The position numbers and the translations under genes are program-made. A stretch of DNA of 64,000 nt from Giardia intestinalis. Lineage: Eukaryota. Under the pieces are notes generated by a model. That model saw nothing but the letters and a program-made list of their open reading frames with translations. It ran no database searches and was not told the DNA's origin. Of the stretch, positions 20,859 through 30,658 are shown piece by piece. The stretch is from the NCBI GenBank assembly GCA_000002435.2, contig CM018790.1. One strand, given 5' to 3'. Numbering within the stretch: the stretch's first letter is position 1; each line of letters opens with the position of its first letter.

Positions 20859-22550
20859 TCAGTTCCACTCTGTCTGCCCAGGGACCTGGGGCTTCGGACC
20901 ACCAGCCTGCTTGCGCATCACAATCACGTCGACGCGAAGGACATTGCAGGCGGTGTCTGTTGCCATGCGCATGGCCCATGCCTTTATAGCGAGGCTATCG
21001 TAGATCTGTGCAGCGCTAGTGTTGAGTGTCCACTCGCCGCTCTCATCGGCCCCATCTATGTTGACGCCCGTGTAGTCGACTCCTTGGACGTGCCTGGACT
21101 GCATCTCCGTCATTACCTCATCCGCAGGCAATCCTGCAGTCTCCGCCAAAAGCCTCGGAACAACTTCTAAGGCTTCAGCGTAGGCATGCATGGAATATTG
21201 CTGCAAGCCTGGCTCTTTGGAAGCGAGATCATGAAGCTGCGTAGCCAGCGCCATCTCTGCTGCCCCTGCCCCAGGCAAGAACCGGTCGTCACTACATGCA
21301 GCCTTGACCACATTGACTGCGTTGCCGATGGCGATAGAGACATCGTTTAGGACGCTCTGAGTTGCTGCACGCAAGACTATCGTCGTGATGTCTCTGCAAC
21401 TGACTCCAGGATCTTCCGCCACTCCGCCATCACTGGCAACATTGGCGCTGCCATCGTCCCTGGCCACAATGACCTGCTTATCTCCTATCTCTTCTATCGT
21501 CATTTCACTGCAAGCGCCCAGCTTCTCTTGTTCGGGAACACGGAACGTCATATTTAGGGCTGCACCTACACTCTTGGCAAAGCGTCGCACTTCAAACTTG
21601 GATCCAATCTTCACCGCAAGTATATTGTACTTATCGCAGAAGTGCAATGCCAGATCGTGGAAGCTCATCTGAGACACAATAACGTTGATGCCACTGTCAG
21701 AGAACTCTTTAATTTTAGCGTCCATCGCCTTCTCTTCCGAGGCAGAAAGATCCAGCAGCTCTTCTGCGCTCTGTAATAAAACCGTTCCTTTGGTCTCAGT
21801 CCTATCCAACTCAATGGCGCATCCATAGACAGCGATCCTGCAGTTCTGCATTCGCTGCACTGCACCCCGAGGAAGTGTGGGAATTACGAAGCCGCGGACC
21901 ACGAAAGAATCCGTGATTGACCTGCCCGGGACCTTTGCGATGCGTATGCTCTCTGGGTTGAAAAGACGTGAGTCTTCGGGAATGACCTGAACACAAGCCT
22001 CTGCAACGAGTCCTGAGAGGAAGTCTTCATAGCCGCTTTGCTTGGACGCCAGGGCAGGCTTTATGGCAAGCGCTAGCTGCTTCTTATCGTGTAAATCCCC
22101 GAACGGTCGGTAGATAAGCGTGCTTGAGCTGTTGCCGTCCAGCTGATTGAGAATGTGCCTGAGGGCGCGTTCATATCCTGCAATAATGTCTGTGACCACC
22201 AGCCCCTGCTCCAAAAGGTCCTTTGCACGCTCAAGGAGCTCTCCAGCGAAGGTGACCACCAGATTTGTTCCGTCGCCGTATTCCAATGCCTGATTCTGTG
22301 CCGCCATCACAAGCATCTTTGCAGCCGGATGGTTGACTTCTATCTCTGTTGCGATTGCGCTGGCATTCTTGGTGATGACCAATTTCTCTGAGTGATTCAA
22401 TATCATCTTGGAGAGTCCATTGGGTCCCATGGATGTCCGTGTGATGCGTACAAGCTGCATGCACGCCTCTATGTTTTTGAACACAGCCTCTTCAAGCCCG
22501 GAGTAGCTGCTGGTCCCGACCTTCATCATGGAAGAACTTCCAAGCGACAT
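20859..22550 (-). CDS. CCT8: T-complex protein 1 (CCT/TRiC chaperonin) subunit theta
   Basis: ATG verified (cat 22548-22550). Strong collinear match to CCT-theta: YSGLEEAVFKNIEACMQLV..TRTSMGPNGLSKMILNHSEKLVITKNASAIATEIEVNHPAAKMLVMAAQ...YGDGTNLVVTFAGELLE (theta-specific GDGTN instead of GDGTTS), C-terminal LRVDVIVMRKQAGGPKP. Confidence 0.85.
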   Translation of the reverse strand: MSLGSSSMMKVGTSSYSGLEEAVFKNIEACMQLVRITRTSMGPNGLSKMILNHSEKLVITKNASAIATEIEVNHPAAKMLVMAAQNQALEYGDGTNLVVTFAGELLERAKDLLEQGLVVTDIIAGYERALRHILNQLDGNSSSTLIYRPFGDLHDKKQLALAIKPALASKQSGYEDFLSGLVAEACVQVIPEDSRLFNPESIRIAKVPGRSITDSFVVRGFVIPTLPRGAVQRMQNCRIAVYGCAIELDRTETKGTVLLQSAEELLDLSASEEKAMDAKIKEFSDSGINVIVSQMSFHDLALHFCDKYNILAVKIGSKFEVRRFAKSVGAALNMTFRVPEQEKLGACSEMTIEEIGDKQVIVARDDGSANVASDGGVAEDPGVSCRDITTIVLRAATQSVLNDVSIAIGNAVNVVKAACSDDRFLPGAGAAEMALATQLHDLASKEPGLQQYSMHAYAEALEVVPRLLAETAGLPADEVMTEMQSRHVQGVDYTGVNIDGADESGEWTLNTSAAQIYDSLAIKAWAMRMATDTACNVLRVDVIVMRKQAGGPKPQVPGQTEWN

Positions 22551-22808
22551 CTAGTCCTTCCTGCCTTTTTAGTATTTATTTTTGAAATTTGTTTTCAGCA
22601 TGAATACACAACGCTCCACAGCACCTTCTAAAAAGCTTTTCAACAATGCTTTGCAGAATGCGATCGCAGTGTTGGCTTAAATCTACAACAGCTAACATCC
22701 TAAGTAGCCGTGGGTGCCTCTCAGGCCTCGATACTTCTCCTAGGTTCTGGTCTGTCTGTATGTTGAATGTTTAGAACGAGGTCCCATTTCAAAAAACCAA
22801 AAAATTAA
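22551..22808. promoter_or_regulatory. Divergent intergenic region between CCT-theta (-) and VPS15 (+) start codons; candidate bidirectional promoter
   Basis: 258-bp ORF-free spacer flanked by two verified ATGs on opposite strands; A/T-rich immediately upstream of each ATG (aaaaattaaATG). Confidence 0.4.
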
Positions 22809-25800
22809 ATGGGTAATAGACTTTCTACCCTCATGTCTCCAGGCATTTTCTCCAAGAAATACATGATTCCGTGGAATGTTAAGGTGACTTCTTTTGAAGC
22901 ACTGAATACGAGCCGTTTTCTGAAAAGCTATCATGCCGAAAACCCGCAGACCAAGCAAGACTTTATTCTGAAGGTCTTCGTCAAATTGGAAGACATCGAT
23001 CTCTCTATCTTTAAATTTATGCTATCTCACTATAGGGAGAAGATCAATCGCTGCTGCCCCCATGTTCTTCCCTACATGGGCGAGTATGAGTCCAAGACGC
23101 ACGGCTTTCTGATTCGCCCCATGTTGTATCAAAGTCTTCCCGAATTCATTTTACAAAATCCATGGCTCACTAGGGGCCACAAAGTTTTGTACTCCATACA
23201 GATGATACTTGCAGTGAAAGAAATGCACGAGGCCGGCCTCGTCCACGGCGACATCAAACTCTCTAATTTTCTTGTCACGCATACCCATAGCCTCATGCTT
23301 ACAGACTTTGCACCCTTTAAGCCCTATCAGGTGTCGATGAGCAATCCCGTTGCTCTTAGTTACTACTTCACAGATACGATTGCCCCAGAACGTATTGTCC
23401 AGGCAGACGAGGAGCTAGATACTCTCCTTCTGCCAACCATGGAAGCGGATGTCTTCTCTCTGGGATCTGCGCTCCTGGAGCTCTGGACCTCCATCAAACC
23501 TTTCGATCTGCCAACCCTGTTTGAGTATCGCGACGCAAAAACAGGGAACATCATTAATTATGTCTTATCTTTGCTTGATCACATCACTCACGAGGAGCTC
23601 CGCGGGCTGGTCCACGCTATGATCAACCCCATTCCTTCTCAGCGCATCGACCTCTCTACCCTTCAGATCAGAAGCATCTTTACACCGGAGGAGCTCTTTG
23701 CATCTGACATTATCCTTTGTTTCCTAAAGTTCTTTAACCCCCTAAACCTGGACGATGTTGTGCACGTGGGAGCAACGCTCTTTGATGGCATATGTGACAT
23801 GTATCTCAATAGCTCCTCATCGCAAAAGGCAGCTCTTACAAAGTGTTACTTTTGTGATATTCATCATAGGTTTCAGTTTGAGCAACAGCAGCAACAGCCC
23901 GACGATCAGCATGCAAGCAAAAAGGCGTCCACAATGGCTAGGGCCTCCTCGACGATAAACTTAGGGGCTCAGAGCAGCGCAAATATTACCAGATTCGACC
24001 TTCCACAGGATAAAAAGCATCAGGCCAAGAAACCTATAGAGATGCCGTACCTGTGCACGACAAACATGGAGATACCATTCAAGATCATTGAGCAGTTAGA
24101 TGGAACCGTCTTAAGGTCTCTTGCTACCTGCGACTGCGTTCATCGAATACTGAAGGAAGGAAGAACTAGCGAAGTTAGTTGGAACTGTAACGTCTTTGGT
24201 CCATTTCGGCGAATTCTGGCCTCGGATACGCTGCAAGCGGCGATGTACCACATAGCCTACTCCATCATGAGGCTGATTCAACTAGATGCATTTTCCATCA
24301 GTGATACATATAAGAAGGGTATCCTCACTGTCTGCAGCTATGCTCTTTTCATGGATGACTCGTACGTGTCCCACCTTATCCGCATGGCATATAGAGTCTT
24401 TCGTCTGCGACCCACGGCGGTAACGCTTGGCGGCGTAGCGTACCTCCTCAATCTTCTTACGACTGCATACCAGGACATACACTATATTCCTCTGTTGGTC
24501 ATGGGCGAAGTCTTTCTTCCCAAGAACCAGCACGACAGATTTCTAGAGGGGGTAGAGATTGCTAGGCACCAGCTACTAGATGTGGAGTCTTTGGATGAGA
24601 AAGCGTTTGAAAGCTTAGCTAATATTTTCCTCTACACAGCCGGCTCATCTAGCACAACCTACCCATATTTAATCAACCACTCCTATGTGATCCAGCTGTT
24701 CCCACTTCTTCTTGCCAGCGTTGCCCGACTCAGCGGCGGAGATCCTGCTCTGAAGGTCATTATAAACGCCATTCTGTTGCGAAATAAGACCTCCCTTTTG
24801 TATAACATCTTGCGTTCTACTTCAATCACACCGATCATCCTTAGCTCAATAAGGCTTCTTTCCGACAACATTGTACTAATATCTTCGCTTTTGCCTGGAA
24901 TTCTTCCTCTTTACTTGGACTTTTTGGGAAGAACAGACTTAAGAAAAATCACCCACTTCTGCCTCGGTGACGCGATTGCGTCCATCTTTGGAGGCTGTCT
25001 GGATCAGCTTGAACCATCGTGCAAGCATATAACATCTCTAAAGACTACATTTCAAGGGGCACGCGGGGCACACTCGGGCAAGGACATATTCTTCTATGTA
25101 CGCATTTTCCTTAACAACTACCACCCTCTTCGCGATGATAAGGCGGCCGGCACCATCTTTGCAGCCATACTGAAGTCGATCTCTATCCTCCCATTGGACC
25201 TGCAATCCACGTGCATCTACTTATTCTGCAAATCCGTCTACATCCCTTCGGTTCAGTTGTCAGATGATTTGGGACGTTCCCTGTGGAGCCCTAATAATCA
25301 GAACATCTGGCTTTTGCTGAATGCAATAAAGACAGTCATAGAGAAGAAGGATTCTCAGGACGCACTTCTATTCTCGTTCTTCTTGAATGATAACCTTAAT
25401 CAATACGTTAATATTCGCCTTGCAGGGGCGCTCATGAAGATACTGACTCTTACTGTACGATCGTTTGACCTTTCCACGCAGGATTCATCTCAATATGCAG
25501 GTGTTCTCATCAAGCGTCACGTAAAGCAGAGCGTAAACGATCGTAGGCATCAGGTCATGCATATTATCTTGCCAAAGCTATCCCCCGTCGCTCCCCAGAT
25601 AGTAGAGAATCTCCACTTGTTTTATCCAGACCTGCACAAGTACTCTAGCTTCAGTGATGACGTTTCTACCCACCATGATCCTGACTACGACATCCAGCAT
25701 GAGGTCCTACGCAAGATTCAGGAAAATTACGCGCTCATAGAACGGTTGACCTTTTTGACCATCGACGATCTTACCAATCCCCAGCGCTACCTTTTCATGC

Positions 25801-28800
25801 TTCAAGAGATAGTTCATGCCGCTAGCACCATAATTGAGAACCTGACCACTTTTGTACAACAAATAGCAATAAGCACAAGCATCAATACGGACAACTTGCA
25901 AGAAAAACATGAAGAAAATCTTCCGCTCTATCTGCTGGTCAAAGACATGCCTACAGCGCCCGATGCCAATCCCAGTTTCAGCGGCATGCATGCACGCACG
26001 CAAGACGATATTCTGCATTCAAGCAAGGAGCTGAGCAGGGCTAACTTTTCGGCATCGCAGCGAATGGATTTCCGCTCGCTGACTTCGCTAAACGACGTTA
26101 GTATCTGGACAGACGCCTCTGTCAGTAGAGTCGCGGAAGAGCTTGTGTATGCAGGACATGGCAGCAGTGGTTCCCGCCATCTGATTGTTTCTAATGAGTA
26201 CCAAGTTCTGCTAAAAGACGGTGAGCGAGCCCGACATGTTGTGGAGCTGTTTTATGGTCCCGTGGGAGATGCAAAGGACCGCATGAAGGAAATACTTTTC
26301 GGAAAGGACCAGGAAGCGAGCATAGAAGACACGTCTGTGCAATACTCTACGTATAGCCTTATTCCGGAAATTAGTACGCTTCCAGATGAAAGTGTTTTGC
26401 ATTCGACGCTCTTTAGCTCGCTTCTTTCGGCCTGCAAGCCATTCCTGATTACTGACGCAAGCGCCTCCATACGAAATATGCTCCGTCCAGGGATCCTTTC
26501 TGGATACCTTTGCAAGTCCCTAAACATGCAGTCTGTCGTTCTCGCCAGGAGGTGGCTGCCGTTTCTTCGCGAGTCATCTTTGCCACCGTCAGCACTTCCC
26601 AAACTACTTAATACTCTTCTGAATAACCTGCTGATCATTAGTCCGGGGACCCACTCCCTTCCTACTAGCAACAGCCTTATCCAGCATGTCTGCAAGCAGT
26701 TTAAGGTTGAGGATATGCTTTCTGACAAACCAACAGAAATTGGTAGGGAGTTTATTACCATTCCAGGCCTCCAGCATGATCTGAAGAATACATCTGTCAT
26801 AATCACATATCAAAATCCTCTGGCATATTCCAGGCACGAGCTTGTAAAATATATCGTAGCAGAAACCCAGGTAGCTTTGGATTTCATCTCTATGAGGGCG
26901 AATCCCAGAGGCGACCTGATCATGAACAGCAAGACCATTCAAGGCATGCAGTCAAACAATCCGCTGTACACGCATTACTCAAACCTGATAAGGGCTGCTT
27001 CGGACCTAATCATCAACGCGTCCATAACCCATCATGTGAACAAAACTCCGTACAGAGCCTTACTACCCGCGAATTCGGTTAGTCTGAACGATATCCAGGG
27101 ACCTCTAGAGCGCATTGGAACGATACAAAGCAAGCTTGCATATGACTTTGTCGCAAATGACCACGTCTCCATGACATCAAAGAACATGACCCTCCCCGGG
27201 TGCGTTCAAACAAGGGTTTCATATAACTACGCAAGCCTCAAATCCTTTACCTACTCGGCGATTGGAAATATGTTTATCATCTTAGATGCTAAAAACTACA
27301 TTCACTTCTATCTCAATCCAGTGGACGAGGCGATCAAATTCTTGGCGCAAAGGATTCTTCTCCTCTCAAGGACAGTAAAGATATCTATGGAGAGCTCGCC
27401 AGAAGCCCATGCTGACCACTACTCAGTATTGGCAGGGCTTCCTCAAGGACTTCCTCAACTGCAGAATGAACCTAAGCACCAGAAGATCACGGCCCCCGTT
27501 CTAACGTCTAGCCCTGCTCTGGAGTCATTAGAAAGCATTATGGAGTATCTAAGTACTGGGGTACTAACTCTTCCTCTAGCAACATTCCACATACCTGGTG
27601 TTTCCATCTTACATATCTTTGTGGATCCTTGTGGCATACCCATACTTGGGGGCGGAAAAGCGACAGAGAAGAAAAGTGTGCGCCACGAATTCCTAGCACT
27701 CAATATTGTTACCGATAGTTGCGTGGTTAAGCTCTTAGTTGATCCTGACATGCTTATCCAGCAATATACAGAGGCCATTTTGGTGACCGACAGCAACTGC
27801 AATGCTAATAGGGCTGGGGGTGTCACCTTTAGCATGAATGACGCTGTCTTTTCATTGTCCATTAGCGGCTCCGGTAAAAGTGTGGAGTTAGTGGACTTTG
27901 GGATGCTACACAAAACACAGCTTAACGGTGCGCTTACTGAGAACACAATCCAGTACCTATTGCCATACCTGACTGCAGATCAGATCTGCACGTTTCTTAA
28001 GGCATACCACAATGACTCTGTCACTGAGAAGTCTTCGGCACCTAAAGTCACACACCTGTACATGCACTCAACCCTCTCTGCTTCCCTAGACCACGCTAAT
28101 GGTGTGGAGCTTCTACTGACTAGGCTCAGATACAAGAACCAGTTTCCTTTGAACCTCAAATCTGCTGAAAGCCAGGTTTATTCCGTGATGCCGCACAGGA
28201 TCCTAACGTATTACAATTGCTACCTCTTGTCAGAAATCGTCGCTATCCTCTCTACTACAGTGGTAACCTGCACTGCTCTTTATGATGGTACTTCTGGGAA
28301 TCGCATGTACACATTGCCTAAGGAGTTCGGGGAGATCCAATATGCGTGCGAGTCAGCCTCTGGCAGCATTGCCGTTCTAACATCTATGGGCTGGCTCATT
28401 CTCCTTGAGTTCAGGGCGGGCAACCTTCTCGATCTCTGGGTATTGGCTGAGAAGCAACGCTACAATGTTCATAGGTATTCGGCGATTTTAGGCTTCAATG
28501 GCCTACTGAGCCCCACGCATTCATTTACACACGAAGCTGAAGAGAGCGCAGAAGCCATTACCGAGTCCACCGCAAAACCTTCTGTGCGCAGATACTATGC
28601 TATTACTAGTACGTTATTTATTGTAGCATACGGCTCCCATGTGGTTATCTACGAATTTGACAGCAAACTGGAGAATCCTGTCCTTCAATTCGTCGGTGGG
28701 CTTGATGTCCGCATGAGTGGCCACACTAAGAATCGCACAAAGCAACAGGAAAAGCCAGCATTTTCAGCCATTACTAGTCACGAGAACTCTTGCATCCTTG

Positions 28801-29075
28801 GATTGTCGAACGGGGCAGTTCTTATGGTCAATGAGTGTGAAAAGGAAATCATATCATGTAAAATGCTCTCCTCTCCAAACAAGTATCGTATAACTTCTAA
28901 CATTGATTTGGCATCGACTGATACTGTTACTAATAACCACAAAAAGTTCGGTGTGTTTTTCAGCAACCAGCCCTCAGGACTAGTAGCCCACCAGGGGCCT
29001 GTTGTTGCTATCAAGAGCTCTGGACACAGTGTGTTTAGTGCGGACACCAGTGGGCTAATACTCTTCTATCACTAA
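22809..29075 (+). CDS. VPS15: Vps15/PIK3R4-type serine/threonine protein kinase (PI3K class III regulatory subunit), N-myristoylated, HEAT-repeat middle, WD40-like C-terminus
   Basis: ATG at 22809 (aaaattaaATGggt). MGNRLST = N-myristoylation consensus (G2, S6) as in Vps15. Kinase catalytic loop HGDIKLSNFLV and LTDFAPFKP (Vps15-specific HGD / DFA variants), APERIV. 2,088 aa with no in-frame stop; poly-Q insert FEQQQQQPDDQ. Confidence 0.85.
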   Translation: MGNRLSTLMSPGIFSKKYMIPWNVKVTSFEALNTSRFLKSYHAENPQTKQDFILKVFVKLEDIDLSIFKFMLSHYREKINRCCPHVLPYMGEYESKTHGFLIRPMLYQSLPEFILQNPWLTRGHKVLYSIQMILAVKEMHEAGLVHGDIKLSNFLVTHTHSLMLTDFAPFKPYQVSMSNPVALSYYFTDTIAPERIVQADEELDTLLLPTMEADVFSLGSALLELWTSIKPFDLPTLFEYRDAKTGNIINYVLSLLDHITHEELRGLVHAMINPIPSQRIDLSTLQIRSIFTPEELFASDIILCFLKFFNPLNLDDVVHVGATLFDGICDMYLNSSSSQKAALTKCYFCDIHHRFQFEQQQQQPDDQHASKKASTMARASSTINLGAQSSANITRFDLPQDKKHQAKKPIEMPYLCTTNMEIPFKIIEQLDGTVLRSLATCDCVHRILKEGRTSEVSWNCNVFGPFRRILASDTLQAAMYHIAYSIMRLIQLDAFSISDTYKKGILTVCSYALFMDDSYVSHLIRMAYRVFRLRPTAVTLGGVAYLLNLLTTAYQDIHYIPLLVMGEVFLPKNQHDRFLEGVEIARHQLLDVESLDEKAFESLANIFLYTAGSSSTTYPYLINHSYVIQLFPLLLASVARLSGGDPALKVIINAILLRNKTSLLYNILRSTSITPIILSSIRLLSDNIVLISSLLPGILPLYLDFLGRTDLRKITHFCLGDAIASIFGGCLDQLEPSCKHITSLKTTFQGARGAHSGKDIFFYVRIFLNNYHPLRDDKAAGTIFAAILKSISILPLDLQSTCIYLFCKSVYIPSVQLSDDLGRSLWSPNNQNIWLLLNAIKTVIEKKDSQDALLFSFFLNDNLNQYVNIRLAGALMKILTLTVRSFDLSTQDSSQYAGVLIKRHVKQSVNDRRHQVMHIILPKLSPVAPQIVENLHLFYPDLHKYSSFSDDVSTHHDPDYDIQHEVLRKIQENYALIERLTFLTIDDLTNPQRYLFMLQEIVHAASTIIENLTTFVQQIAISTSINTDNLQEKHEENLPLYLLVKDMPTAPDANPSFSGMHARTQDDILHSSKELSRANFSASQRMDFRSLTSLNDVSIWTDASVSRVAEELVYAGHGSSGSRHLIVSNEYQVLLKDGERARHVVELFYGPVGDAKDRMKEILFGKDQEASIEDTSVQYSTYSLIPEISTLPDESVLHSTLFSSLLSACKPFLITDASASIRNMLRPGILSGYLCKSLNMQSVVLARRWLPFLRESSLPPSALPKLLNTLLNNLLIISPGTHSLPTSNSLIQHVCKQFKVEDMLSDKPTEIGREFITIPGLQHDLKNTSVIITYQNPLAYSRHELVKYIVAETQVALDFISMRANPRGDLIMNSKTIQGMQSNNPLYTHYSNLIRAASDLIINASITHHVNKTPYRALLPANSVSLNDIQGPLERIGTIQSKLAYDFVANDHVSMTSKNMTLPGCVQTRVSYNYASLKSFTYSAIGNMFIILDAKNYIHFYLNPVDEAIKFLAQRILLLSRTVKISMESSPEAHADHYSVLAGLPQGLPQLQNEPKHQKITAPVLTSSPALESLESIMEYLSTGVLTLPLATFHIPGVSILHIFVDPCGIPILGGGKATEKKSVRHEFLALNIVTDSCVVKLLVDPDMLIQQYTEAILVTDSNCNANRAGGVTFSMNDAVFSLSISGSGKSVELVDFGMLHKTQLNGALTENTIQYLLPYLTADQICTFLKAYHNDSVTEKSSAPKVTHLYMHSTLSASLDHANGVELLLTRLRYKNQFPLNLKSAESQVYSVMPHRILTYYNCYLLSEIVAILSTTVVTCTALYDGTSGNRMYTLPKEFGEIQYACESASGSIAVLTSMGWLILLEFRAGNLLDLWVLAEKQRYNVHRYSAILGFNGLLSPTHSFTHEAEESAEAITESTAKPSVRRYYAITSTLFIVAYGSHVVIYEFDSKLENPVLQFVGGLDVRMSGHTKNRTKQQEKPAFSAITSHENSCILGLSNGAVLMVNECEKEIISCKMLSSPNKYRITSNIDLASTDTVTNNHKKFGVFFSNQPSGLVAHQGPVVAIKSSGHSVFSADTSGLILFYH

Positions 29076-29098
29076 ACATAAAAATTAGATTGAAATAA

Positions 29099-29647
29099 AT
29101 GAAGGTAAAGCGTCTTAAGAAGACCAAAAAAACCCTCAAATTCTTTTCCATTAACTTCCGCCTCACCCCACCGTACCATATACTGTTCGATGGCACATTT
29201 CTCAACCATGTGGCTCATATTCATCAGCCCCTGCAAGAAATCGTTGACCGAGTATTTATGAGGCAGCCGGTTGTCTTTTACACGACGGCACAGGTGGTTG
29301 AAGAGCTCAAGAAGCTCGAAATGGAGGATGCACTCAAGCTGGCTGCATCTCTGAAGACCCTATCTCCAACGGGAGAGACTCCTGCAGAGAGCATTCTCAA
29401 CCTGGTGGTGACCCCCAACCTTCCCAAGCAGCAGTTCTTTGTAGTTGCAACACGTGACTGGGAGCTAATTTCTAAAATACGGAAGTATCCCAAGGCAATG
29501 GTTCTGAATATCAATGGGGTGGTTCCCATCCTGGACACCCCGTCCTATGCTAGCCAGGACGTAGCCCGCGAGAAGCAGCTGAAGCTCATGGGTGTCGACC
29601 CGTCTTCAGAGGAGTGGAAGCGCCCTGCCAGACGGGGTAAAGGTTAA
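29099..29647 (+). CDS. UTP23: rRNA-processing protein UTP23-like (PIN-domain, Fcf1/Utp23 family)
   Basis: N-terminus MKVKRLKKTKKTLKFFSINFRLTPPYHILFDGTFLNH matches the Utp23/Fcf1 N-terminal signature (MK.KR.K..KK.L.FY...F.F..PYQVL.DGTF). Only 23 bp after Vps15 stop. TGTAAAC poly(A)-like signal at 29651-29657. Confidence 0.6.
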   Translation: MKVKRLKKTKKTLKFFSINFRLTPPYHILFDGTFLNHVAHIHQPLQEIVDRVFMRQPVVFYTTAQVVEELKKLEMEDALKLAASLKTLSPTGETPAESILNLVVTPNLPKQQFFVVATRDWELISKIRKYPKAMVLNINGVVPILDTPSYASQDVAREKQLKLMGVDPSSEEWKRPARRGKG

Positions 29648-30050
29648 TACTGTAAACTGTGAGTTCATGGCAGTTCGAGTGTCAGGCTACTGGAACTAGC
29701 TGGCCCAGCACGTTCTTGCTGGCTATCTCTGGCAGCTTTGTAGGCTCTACAGCAACAGCAAAAGACCCGTCGAATAACAATCCTCTCTAAAGAAGAAAAT
29801 AAGAAGGAGTGGGCATAGATATACATCGTTGGGAATCTGTTTCGACGTCTCTTAGAAACTGAGGCCCCCGAGTGACGACGTTGCTGCAATTAGTTACTGG
29901 ATAGAGCAAGCATCAGTCGACCTACCACCAGATCACAGTCTCTCTGGGAGTTGGCGAATGATGGGTGTAGTTCTACCTTATCCCACTTTGACAGCTAACA
30001 TATTCTTTGGGAACGGCCCCTTGTGCCACGTTTTCTGATCATAAAATCCC

Positions 30051-30617
30051 ATGATCCTCTCTTCTGACGGGCACATGCTCTTCCACCTGGCTTCACAATT
30101 ATATCCCATGTATACTGGTCTCTGGATCTTTTGTGCTTGGCTCTGCTGCTCTCTGCAAAAAGCAAAGTTCGATAAAACCCTCCTTGCTGTTGGGTGTGTG
30201 ATGTTAACGAACCCTGCCGTTTCATATGCGTTAAAGCACTTGCTACATCAGCCACGGCCCTGCTCTCCAGATCCTGGAATGCCGTCTGCACATGCCTTCT
30301 GGGCAGCAGGATTGAGTGCGGCTCTTTTTCTCGCTGCACATTCACAGTGCAGTAGGAGCCTATCGGCGAGCACAACTAAACTAGCTGCTCTAAGACTCTA
30401 TGCCTACGCGGCATGCTTTACAACTCCGTTGGTTGCAGCCGAGCGTATCTACTCGAGAGAGCACACGATTGCGCAGGTTGCCGTTGGCCTGCCTCTAGGA
30501 GCCCTCTACACCCTTCTAGTTTGGGGACCAATTAAGTGGCTGTCAGATACCATTGCCTGTACTTTGGATTCTATCGTCTCCCGTATGGCTAAGGACAAAG
30601 GGAGAAAAGCCATGTAA
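30051..30617 (+). CDS. PAP2-superfamily phosphatase, dolichyldiphosphatase (CWH8/DOLPP1)-like
   Basis: PAP2 motifs in order: KHLLHQPRP (Kx6RP), GMPSAHA (PSGH variant), SREHTIAQVAVG (SR..HTxxQV as in DolPP1 YHTxxQV); multi-TM hydrophobic profile. The overlapping minus ORF 29995..30375 is judged spurious. Confidence 0.65.
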   Translation: MILSSDGHMLFHLASQLYPMYTGLWIFCAWLCCSLQKAKFDKTLLAVGCVMLTNPAVSYALKHLLHQPRPCSPDPGMPSAHAFWAAGLSAALFLAAHSQCSRSLSASTTKLAALRLYAYAACFTTPLVAAERIYSREHTIAQVAVGLPLGALYTLLVWGPIKWLSDTIACTLDSIVSRMAKDKGRKAM

Positions 30618-30658
30618 AAACGAATTTTCTCTGAGATCTCCCAATTTTCACGCAAGAT

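Noticed and set aside
20632-20989. Overlapping 115-aa (-) and 100-aa (+) ORFs between the methyltransferase and CCT-theta genes
   Set aside because: They overlap the 3' ends of two well-supported genes and are Arg/Ala-rich frame-shifted readings of coding DNA. No independent evidence supports them.
29670-29700. tRNA-like T-loop heptamer GTTCGAG
   Set aside because: I could not form T-stem or acceptor-stem pairing around it on either strand. No D-loop or anticodon-arm pattern was found.
29995-30375. 126-aa minus-strand ORF overlapping the PAP2 phosphatase gene
   Set aside because: The plus-strand ORF carries all three PAP2 motifs in the correct order. The minus ORF has no motif and begins in the upstream spacer.
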